From Octopus bimaculoides (Eukaryota), in assembly GCF_001194135.2 (NCBI RefSeq), contig NC_068982.1, positions 137,995,278 through 138,027,723 of the forward strand: a stretch of DNA of 32,446 bases, given 5' to 3'. Of the stretch, positions 22,425 through 32,149 are shown in pieces. Under the pieces are notes generated by a model. That model was not told the origin of the DNA. It ran no database searches and saw nothing but the letters and a program-made list of their open reading frames with translations. How positions within the stretch are numbered: position 1 is the stretch's first letter; the number at the start of each line of letters is the position of its first letter. The position numbers and the translations under genes are program-made.

Positions 22425-22701
22425 ATTGTGTTTTCCTGAAGAAAATTCTACATAATTCAAAATGAGAGAGCAGTGGGTGCCTATAGAACTGTTAACCTGA
22501 TACAGTTCTGCTTCATCAGAGTTCAGTAAGTACAGTTGCCATGACACGGGAAGAATGTAATGTTTTGGATTGTTGCCAAACATCTGAGAGTGAGGAAGAT
22601 CAAGAAAGTGTTGTCACCTTAGTCATAAACTATTAAAATTTGGTAAAGATTTTTTTCACCTTTTGTGTTTCAATATTCTATATACTAGAGAGTTCTTGGG
22701 C
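22425..22701. repeat. Duplicated unit, copy 2 (candidate ncRNA)
   Basis: Direct repeat of 20003-20279. Confidence 0.9.
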
Positions 22702-24252
22702 AATAACTGAATTTATAAAACTTTTATTCCTAACACAAATTGGGTTACTGAAATCGCTAATTAAGTAGACCTTGCACCACAAATATTCTAAACACATTTA
22801 AGAACCAGAAATATTCCAAACATTCTAAATATTCCAAAATTTAGCAGTTTGAATATTCTACAAATTCAACACTGTCAAAATACTAAGGAACTCTAAAAGA
22901 TGATACAACCTGATAAGATTTAAGAAAACAAATTACAGTAAACTCTTTAAATTCTCGGAAACTTATTGAAACAATAATATTGTTGATATACCAACACTTG
23001 GCAGGTTCAAAATACTGTGGCACCAACTGATTTGGAGAGAGTCAAAGCGAGCTGGTTAAAAGGAGTTTTGAAATACACAGAACCAAACACATGAGTCTAG
23101 TAAACTCAGAAGCAAGCTAAAAAAATGGTAGATGAAAAGGAACTAATAAACTAGTTAATTAGAACACTGAACATATGTTTCTCATCAAAGATACATAATA
23201 TCAGCTGCGTAAAGTAAAAATTATAGTAAATTGATGAAGAGATATCTTTGAAAATATGTATGTTTAACTGTGAGATTGATGACTTCCCAAAGGATATTAA
23301 TACTGTGAGTAAAAAAAGGGAGTTTCAAACTGAGGAACTGAACAGAATTACAGTTTTAATTTGCTAAGTACTTATCATTGCTACCATACAAGTATCATAG
23401 TGCCACAGATAATGGAAAACACAGGCTGCACCAAGTATTCATATGGAATATAGGACAGGCAATAAAACATGGCTAACGGAAATTAAAAAAATATGTATAT
23501 AAGAATTGATCAGAGTAATTAATGTTGTAGAATATAATAATAACGATGTAAATAATAGCTGTATCTGATAGCGGCAGTGGGAGTACAAGAATCATTTAAT
23601 GTAAATAATTGTGCATGCATTGTAAGGTTGTGGAGTGGGGTACCACCACAGTTATTTAATGTAAATAATTATTGTATATTTACATGAAAGTAGCAGTGGT
23701 GGTGAAGTGGTGGGGCACAACAATTGCATAATGTAAATAATTGTTGCACATGTGTGCCTGGCGTTGGTGGAGGAGGAAGCGGCAGTATTGGAGGATGTAC
23801 AACATTTCTTTTTAAGTGAATAAATAGTTGTTGAACATGTATCAGGTGGTGTTGGCAGTGACGATGAATGTGCAACAATTAGTTAATGCAAATGTAAATA
23901 AAACTCACCATACATTTACCTGATGGTATTGGTAGTGGTGGTGGTGGTGGTGGTGATGGTGTGTGCACACACATTTAATGTGAATGCAAATAAAACGACA
24001 ATGTTGGTAATAGGTGTATAACATTTATTGAGAATAAAAAAATATCAAATAAGACTGCTTCTAAGACGAATACTGATAATAAAACCACATGCCACAAAGA
24101 TGCATATACGAAATGATGTAGGTTAGTCGGTCCAATAGAGACAAAAATAACAGAGGTAATGGTTTAACTCTTTTGACACCAAGCCCCCCCCCACCCCTCC
24201 TGGGACCATGCCTGGTTAAAATATGATACAAAACTCCTTGTTTTAATCAGCT

Positions 24253-24385
24253 CATCATCATCGTTTAATGTCTGCTTTCCATGCTAGCATGGGTTGGACG
24301 ATTTGACTGAGGACTGGCAAACCAGATGGCTACACCAGGCTCCAATCTGATTTGGCAGAGTTTCTACAGCTGGATGCCCTTCCAA
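24253..24385 (-). mobile_element. RTE-related 3' tip
   Basis: catcatcatcgtttaatgtctgctttccatgctagc...ggatgcccttcc. Confidence 0.85.
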
Positions 24386-24634
24386 CTTTTGTGAAAACAA
24401 GTGCAAACAAAAGAAGATGTAAATGGCACACTCTGCTAATTCTATCTTTCTTAAAATCGGTTTCCCTACAAATATTTCCTTGCAGTTTAAATCTAAAGGG
24501 ATGTCTACTTGAAACTCTAATGAACAACTCGGTTACAGAGACATTAGATTTAAAAAATAAGAATAAAAATATAATGAAAGTAAACAAACGAAGTTTGTTT
24601 TAGAAGCGTTGAGATGTACTGAAAGATACAGAAA

Positions 24635-24850
24635 TAATTTATTCTCAAACGCATGATAATGCTAATACAATAGCATGACCAGGATAAACTATCCCTATAT
24701 TGCAGAAAAATATTGTTACCAGCCAGCCAGGAGACTCAAACTAACATTGAGTCTCATGGCTGGCCGGTAACGATTTTTTCTACAAAATATGGATAGTTTA
24801 TCCTGTTCATGCTATTGTATTAGCATCATCATGCCTTTGAGAATAAATTA
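24635..24850. mobile_element. 216-bp foldback (palindromic MITE-like element)
   Basis: Arms 24635-24739 and 24747-24850 are imperfect reverse complements around the loop ACTAACA; the ends are TA. Confidence 0.85.
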
Positions 24851-25232
24851 CTTCTTCAGCAACAGTACTTTAAAGTAAAGATTTGCTGAATATCTCACAT
24901 TGTGAGATTTAAAAATAGTAATTTTCTAAATTATTTCTGTATCTTACATCAAAATATATTTTAACATGGTCTGGAATCAGAATGAAAATGAACAAAAATA
25001 ATTGTAACAATCACCAAATAGTAAATATTATGTTACCTGTAGATATTTTTAATTGTCACTATTAATTATATTTCATACATCAACCTTAGAAGGAGGAACA
25101 AACATCTTTAACCCTTCTGATATCAACCTGTCTGAGACTGTCTGTGGTTCTAGGATACAAGCTTCTAATTTTTAAGTGATCTAAATGAATATTTTCATGC
25201 TAACTTATGCTCTAAACACTAGCTTCATAATA

Positions 25233-25679
25233 CACTAATCCTTCGCCATATCCCAGTTCACCTATCACACTCTGATAGGTACATCGTGGATTTTTCTGGC
25301 TAATACATGTAAATTTATATTGCAGACTCCTCAGTATATCACTGGTTTCTGTGGCCGAGAGGTATTTATATTTTTTTTTATGCCTAAAAATTAATAAACT
25401 AATCAATAGAAATACAGTGCAGTACTGCACTGTATAACACTTTAATAAATTTTTTAAAAATACGTAGTGTACAGTAGATGAGGAAACAAAGAATTGCACA
25501 CACTATATGGAAAACAAAACTTGGGAGACGAGTGTGTGGTGGTGTTTTGCATTTATAATAAAATAAATATATACAAATTTATAAAAATAAAAACAAAAAT
25601 ACAGTACAGTATTTTTCAGATTTTCATCTATTCTGGGGGGTTCTGGAGCATAACACCCACAGTAGTCGAGGGATTACTG
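25233..25679. mobile_element. Tigger/pogo-like MITE with TA target duplication
   Basis: TA|CACTAATCCTTCG ... CGAGGGATTACTG|TA. Confidence 0.7.
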
Positions 25680-25711
25680 TAAAATTAATTTACTAAATTG
25701 TGTATTTAGTG

Positions 25712-25912
25712 TCATGTAAATGGCACCTGTGCTGGTGACATGCAAAAGCATCCATTACACTCCTAGAGTGGTTGGCATTAGGAAGGGCATCCAGCTGTAG
25801 AAACCATGCCAAATCAGACTGGAACCTCGTGCAGCTCTTCAGCTCAACAGCTCCAGTCAAACTGTCTAACCCATGCCAGCATGGACAACAGACGTTAAAT
25901 GATGACGATGAA
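25712..25912 (+). mobile_element. RTE-related 3' end
   Basis: ggttggcattaggaagggcatccagctgtagaaaccatgccaaatcag...gttaaatgatgacgatg. Confidence 0.8.
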
Positions 25913-27548
25913 TTGAAACAAAGGAAACATATGCCAACAGAAATATGAGAACTAATGGCTTAATACAAGATGATACAAGATAAATCAATGAACTGTTGTT
26001 ATCTAACAGAATCTCTGTGTATCACGACAATAAGATAGCTGATGTTTTTAAGTAGGTTAAAAAATAAATTTACATTTAAGAATTATTGTATTAATTCATG
26101 CGTACGTCACAATATTTTATACTTGATTTTAGAAAAAAAAAAGTAGGATCCAACTTGAACACAGGCAGAGCTAAAATTATGAAGGAAAAAAAATTTAATA
26201 CCTAAACATATCACTTAATCAGGGGTGTGACTTATGAGTAAATATGGTATTAACACATATCCTAAAACATACTTAAGTTAAAAAACCAATTTATTACATT
26301 GAAAAAATAACATCTATTACACACAACTCCTGTAATTACAGCAGGATTCAACATTAATTACTTATTTAAATCAAAATATATCACTACAAAATCCTCTACA
26401 AAAACCCAAACAAATCACAGATTTTCATTTCATTCAACATTGCAAACAAAACCTGAATAGACAGCAAAATTAATTTAATTGCAATCCACACCTGAAAACG
26501 TGGGGAAAAATTATGTACAATGTAGTTTTAAACCAGAGCAGACCCAGGTAAGAATGGACCCATCATCTGCTTATGCTCTGTCTCTGTATCCCTATTGTCT
26601 CTTCTATTTCATGAGTCTCTGCTTCTTACCGATATACAAATACAATCAATACAACTGTTTTTCTTATTACTCTATATCTCACATGCCAACCACACTCACA
26701 AAGAAAGATGAAACAAGCCAATGAGAGAACTACTACACGGTTGTTCTGCATTGCCAGAAATAACAACCAAATTTCCCTCATATACCACACCACTGTCTTT
26801 TAAAGGAGGGACATGTTGGAAAACATGATTCTAGTTACCCTGGAAAGAGGAAAAAATGATAGCATGGTTACAGGAGGAATATCTTTGATAACTGGTCTGC
26901 TAGATCAACCCCTGGCAAAGCGCTAAACAACAATAATAAAAAACATTAAGACTGACTTCTTACAGAGCCGAAACAGTACCCTCCAAACTATGCTGCTAGG
27001 GTAGCTTTCTGTTTCTGTTAGAGTCGACAGATTTAGTAGAAGCCCTGATTGACAAAATGGTGGGAGATGGTAGAATCAAACGAACATCATCACCATTGGT
27101 TTAACGTCCACTTTTCCAAGCGGGCATGGGTCAGATGCCCTTTCAATCACCAACCCTCGCCTGTTTCCAAGTAAGGTAATATTTCTCCATGGTCAAACAT
27201 ATTTCCACAGAAGACTGGGAACGAGAGACTCCACTTGTATGACAGTGACAATCACTTACGACTACCCCATTAAAACAAGGACACACAGACAATTGTATGT
27301 GTGCATGTGTATGTACATAAATCATCATAAATAAATGAACACACAAAGCCTTATGAGCGGATGGAAACTGAAAGAAGCTAATTTTGACGTTTTTAATCTG
27401 CCATGTGAGAAATATAGAGAAATATTGCGTTGTTTGGAAACAGAGGATGGTCGGCAACAGGAAGGATATTCGGCTGTAGAAAATCAGACTCAGTGAATCC
27501 ATTTTCTGATAAACTGTAAAACACATACTGGTATTAACATACTGCACC

Positions 27549-27677
27549 CAATTCAGTCAACTGCGATACATTGAGCCCAATTCTATCAACAGTAATATAT
27601 ATTCGAGTCAATTCAATCGACAGTAACCTACGGAGGTCAATTTAATCGATAGTAATATATATTCGAGTCAATTCCAG
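27549..27677. repeat. Degenerate ~30-bp minisatellite, about 4 units
   Basis: Units begin with aatt; units 2 and 4 share agtaatatatattcgagtcaatt. Confidence 0.65.
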
Positions 27678-28119
27678 TCTCTTATTACGTATAACTTTGA
27701 TTTTGACAATTTGTAAATATGAGTTACCTTTCTTGAATTTCAGAGCACAACAAAATTTACATCGACTACTCTTACATATATCACGCACATCATATAATCT
27801 CTCTCTCTATCTCACACACACACACAATCTCATCGAGTGACGGAGTAGAATTAAAAAGCGCCAAAGACAATCCTTTTCACAGCCCCCAAAACCCACAAGC
27901 CAATTCTTGAGTGCTAAGAAGACGATGAGAAATGTCTTCCGTCTGGCTAAAACAGAGAAATGTGGTAGTGATGCCCGGCTACAGATTAAGTGTACCACCA
28001 TCGAAACACATATACAATCCATCATATTGACTTCCAGATTCTGTCTACACAATTACGGTGCCATGGGTTGGGTCGAACCACGTAACGGAATCGAACTTGG
28101 AGCCATATGATTACTCCTT

Positions 28120-28405
28120 TATTCTTTTACTTGTTTCAGTCATTTGACTGCGGCCATGCTGGAGCTCCGCCTTTAGTCGAACAAATCGACCCCAGGGACG
28201 TAAACATGCCAACATTGGTTGTCAAACGATGGTGGGGGTGGGGACAAATACAGACACACAAATACAAATATATTTCCCAACCGAATGATTCCGGGTTCAG
28301 TACCACTGTGTGGCACCTTGGGCAAGTGTCTTCTACTATAGCCTCGAGCCGACCAAAGCCTTGGGAGTGGATTTGGTAGATGGAAACTGAAAGAGGCCGA
28401 TCGTG
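28120..28405. mobile_element. SINE A tail (minus, internally deleted) abutting a SINE A head (plus)
   Basis: Family motifs in opposite orientations. Confidence 0.75.
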
Positions 28406-28470
28406 TGTATGTATTTATATATATATAAATATATATATATAAATAATGTATATATATATATATATATATA

Positions 28471-28629
28471 CATTATTTACATTATTTACATTTGACGGAT
28501 ATTCGTCCTCATCTTGTTTGTTGTTAACAACGTTTCGGCTGATATACCCTCCAGCCTTCGTGAGGTGTCTTGGGGAAAGTTCGAACCTGGGTTCTCATTC
28601 CTATCGATGTTACTATTATTATTATCATA

Positions 28630-28660
<31 letters not shown>

Positions 28661-29084
28661 TATTAATCAGGTCACTGCCGTGAATCGAACTATGAACCTT
28701 GGGGTTAGTAGCCCGCGCTCTTAACCACTATGCCATATGCCCGTGGGCAATTATGGGGTGAATTTTAAGGCTTATAAATCTATTATTTTTCTATCCTTCC
28801 TCAATACCGGTTCCCATATGCTATTCATATCTGCACTCGGTCTGCTTAGGAGGTTGTTGTGTCCTAGCATATGTGCTGCTTCTTTTAGTTTTCGTATTTT
28901 CCAGTGTTGTTCCCTGTCTATTATTTTAACTTCATCCCACAGGGGGAGGTGGTTTCCATTTCATTTTTCCATACATGATCAGCTATACCCGATTTATCAA
29001 TATCTCCTCGTGTCACAGCTTTGCGATGTTCTTCTACCCTTATTTTGAGGGGGCGACATGTTTCGCCTTTGTATAACCTACCAC
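28471..29084 (-). mobile_element. Penelope-like retroelement 3' part: frameshifted GIY-YIG endonuclease and 3' UTR
   Basis: Minus strand reads GRLYKGETCRPLKIRVEEHRKAVTRGDIDKSGIADHVWK, frameshift near 28960, then NGNHLPLWDEVKIIDREQHWKIRKLKEAAHMLG...KIIDL* (stop at 28774-28772). The Y-x-G-E-T-x-R-x-L-x-x-R-x-x-E-H pattern is characteristic of PLE GIY-YIG domains. Confidence 0.88.
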
Positions 29085-29851
29085 NNNNNNNNNNNNNNNN
29101 NNNNNNNNNNNNNNNNNNNNNNNNNNNNNNNNNNNNNNNNNNNNNNNNNNNNNNNNNNNNNNNNNNNNNNNNNNNNNNNNNNNNNNNNNNNNNNNNNNNN
29201 NNNNNNNNNNNNNNNNNNNNNNNNNNNNNNNNNNNNNNNNNNNNNNNNNNNNNNNNNNNNNNNNNNNNNNNNNNNNNNNNNNNNNNNNNNNNNNNNNNNN
29301 NNNNNNNNNNNNNNNNNNNNNNNNNNNNNNNNNNNNNNNNNNNNNNNNNNNNNNNNNNNNNNNNNNNNNNNNNNNNNNNNNNNNNNNNNNNNNNNNNNNN
29401 NNNNNNNNNNNNNNNNNNNNNNNNNNNNNNNNNNNNNNNNNNNNNNNNNNNNNNNNNNNNNNNNNNNNNNNNNNNNNNNNNNNNNNNNNNNNNNNNNNNN
29501 NNNNNNNNNNNNNNNNNNNNNNNNNNNNNNNNNNNNNNNNNNNNNNNNNNNNNNNNNNNNNNNNNNNNNNNNNNNNNNNNNNNNNNNNNNNNNNNNNNNN
29601 NNNNNNNNNNNNNNNNNNNNNNNNNNNNNNNNNNNNNNNNNNNNNNNNNNNNNNNGGGATGAAGTTAAAATAATAGACAGGGAACAACACTGGAAAATAC
29701 GAAAACTAAAAGAAGCAGCACATATGCTAGGACACAACAACCTCCTAAGCAGACCGAGTGCAGATATGAATAGCATATGGGAACCGGTATTGAGGAAGGA
29801 TAGAAAAATAATAGATTTATAAGCCTTAAAATTCACCCCATAATTGCCCAC

Positions 29852-29924
29852 GGGCATATGGCATAGTGGTTAAGAGCGCGGGCTACTAACCCCAAGGTTC
29901 CGAGTTCGATTCACGGCAGCGACC
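29852..29924 (+). promoter_or_regulatory. tRNA-derived module (Pol III A and B boxes) inside the PLE 3' UTR, followed by (AAT)n
   Basis: A box TGGCATAGTGG at 29859-29869, anticodon-like loop CTACTAA, B box GAGTTCGATTC at 29902-29912. The acceptor stem does not pair. The module is also present in the left copy (about 28670-28742, minus). Confidence 0.7.
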
Positions 29925-30001
29925 TGATTAATAATAGTAATAATAATAATAATAATAGTAACATCGATAGGAATGAGAACCCAGGTTCGAAATTTCCCCA
30001 A

Positions 30002-30047
30002 GACACCTGACGAAGGCTGGAGGGTATATCAGCCGAAACGTTGTGTT
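30002..30047 (+). ncRNA. Minimal type I hammerhead ribozyme motif
   Basis: Stem I GACAC/GTGTT; core CTGACGA plus one extra A; stem II GGCTG/CAGCC; GAAA; loopless palindromic stem III (AACGTT). Predicted cleavage is after GUU at 30042. Confidence 0.7.
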
Positions 30048-30132
30048 AACAAACAAGATGAGGACGAATATCCGTCAAATGTAAATAATGTAAATAATTC
30101 CTCATCTCTTAAATATAGAACTATATAGATAT

Positions 30133-30293
30133 ACGACGGGCTTTTTTCAGTCTCCGTCTACCAAATCCACTCCCAAGGCTTTGGTCGGCCCGAGGAAATA
30201 GTAGAAGACACTTGCCCAAGGTGTCACACAGTGGAACTGAACCCGGATTCGTGCTGTTAGGAAGCAAGCTTCTCACCACACAGCCACTCCTTG
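30133..30293 (-). mobile_element. SINE A head
   Basis: gaagacacttgcccaagg...gaacccgga...caccacacagccactcc. Confidence 0.8.
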
Positions 30294-30565
30294 CGTAGAA
30301 AACTTCACAACCACACGATCATCGATCTTTTCCTCACTCAAAATCACATTCCGCTCAACAAACAGAATTATAGTGACGAGCCTATAAACATGTACTAAAA
30401 TATTGTATGCAACGCTTAAAGAACAAATACATAAATAAGCCAGATGTCGAGTGGGCTACCATTTCGCACGCGCAAAATGTTTAATAACAAAACAAACAAA
30501 AAACATCCAAAACACTTTAACAAAGACTTTAAGAACAAATTGAAGAGTGTCAATTGTAATAATAA

Positions 30566-31278
30566 TAACCCTTTCTGTTGTAGGCACAGAACCCGGAATT
30601 TGGAGGAAGGAGTAAGTCGATGTAAACGACTCCAGTGTACAACAGGTACTTATTTCATCGACCCCCAAAAGGATGAAAGGCAAAGACGACCCGGGCGGAA
30701 TTTGAACTGATGCGGACGAAATACTCGCCACTTTCAAGTAATGACAACAATCCTTTCTACCATAGGCACAAGGCCTGGAATTTTAGAGAAGGTGACTAGT
30801 CAATGTAAGCGACTCCAGTACTCTACTGGTACCTATTTTATCGACCCCGAAAGGATGAAAGGCAAAGTCGACTTCGGTGGAATCTGAACTCAGAGCATAA
30901 AGACGGACGAAATGCCGCTAAGTATTTTATCCGGCATGCTCACGATTCTGCCAGCTTGCCGCCTGAGCAATAATAATAATAATAATAACTTCATCTCAGA
31001 ATTATAATTCTGTAATTTATGTGGGAAACAAGCAAAAATAAAATGTGCAAAATACATTCCTTAGTTAAATAAAAAGACGGTCACCCTTCATTTACAATAT
31101 CTTCTGAGTTCGTCTGTCTTTACGTTCTGAGTTCAAATTCCGCCAAGGTCGACTTTGCCTTTCATCCTTTCGAGGTCGATAAATTAAGTACCAGCTGCGT
31201 ACTGAGATCGATCTAATCGACTGATACCCAACCCCACCCCAAAAATTTTCGGGCCTTGTGCCTAGAGTAGAAAAGAAT
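30566..31278. mobile_element. Three SINE B copies: about 30566-30730 (-), 30750-30963 (-) and 31100-31278 (+)
   Basis: Each carries the gtcgactttgcctttcatcctttcg.ggtcgataaa domain. Confidence 0.8.
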
Positions 31279-31699
31279 ATTTTCTGAGTTTGTGATATGG
31301 AAAATAAACTATGAAGCTTTAAATAAACCTTTAAGAATTGGTAAGAAATAATTAAATAAACGTTATTCTCCAGGAATGTCATACATTTGAATAGAAACAC
31401 TATTGAGACGGACACAAGATCTTAAATTTAGAAGACGGCACACGATTAGTTTATCTGACGCCCAGTTATCTGACAGGTAAGTTTTTAATTATTCCGGCCC
31501 TGAAGTCGCGAATGACAACAATGACGACTGCTGTTATAGACAGAAGGCCACAAAATTAATGAGATAACTTGTCCGTTTACTCGATTCCTGCATATTAACG
31601 ATACTTATTTTATCGACCGGGTAAAGATGAAGGATAAATTGGCAGAATTTGAACATGCAACGGATATCAGTATAATTCGTCTGACTCTACCTAACTACA

Positions 31700-32060
31700 T
31701 AAACAGGACCCGATAAATTAGCAGTAAGCTAACGAATTCACTCTTCATCTTCCTGTGATCGATAAAAGCGGTATCGATAATATACTGCGATCGATAAACT
31801 ATGCTTGAGACCCAGTTTTCTATTCCCAGCAAGAGCCGGTTTTACTTCGACTTTCATCGGTGTACTGGAGGAAAACTGGATGTCACTGAATCTTCTCATC
31901 TCCCTTCTCAACGTATTAATTTGTCTAAGTTCCAGTGAGTTAATAAAGAAGTAAAAAATGTAAAGAGACGAAGTTCCAGTCGAGTGATGCTGGCGGCGTG
32001 AACGTTTCATTCACGGTTTGAAGCCAATCACTTCACTGATGGAACTGCTGACGTCCGACA
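31700..32060. promoter_or_regulatory. Candidate promoter: three DRE-like motifs, a CCAAT box and a CRE-like motif in CpG-enriched sequence
   Basis: GATCGATA at 31757, TATCGATA at 31772, GATCGATA at 31789; AGCCAATCA with CCAAT at 32024; TGACGTC at 32049. Confidence 0.4.
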
Positions 32061-32117
32061 AGACTTCTTTCTACAACACACTTCCTTTAAAATGTAAAGC
32101 ATTTGTACCTAAAGGCA

Positions 32118-32149
<32 letters not shown>

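Larger units (their letters stand above)
29656..30118 (+). mobile_element. Penelope-like retroelement 3' part, inverted relative to 28471-29084
   Basis: DEVKIIDREQHWK...KIIDL* (stop at 29820-29822) is identical in translation to the left copy; the same 3' UTR follows. Confidence 0.88.

Noticed and set aside
23381-23470. SFT2-like similarity of FYCLSYIPY
   Set aside because: Only a short motif resembles SFT2 from memory, the downstream sequence does not, and no other SFT2 exons were found.
29021-29857. ORFs of 213-259 aa
   Set aside because: Mostly N; only the PLE endonuclease C-terminus at 29657-29822 is meaningful.
29852-29924. Functional tRNA gene (anticodon ACT)
   Set aside because: The acceptor stem cannot pair, the T-stem has a mismatch, and it is embedded in a retroelement, so it is treated as a tRNA-derived module.
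28278-30293. Extending the PLE inverted repeat to include the flanking SINE A heads as one duplication
   Set aside because: The two SINE heads differ from each other much more than the PLE arms do, so they look like independent insertions.
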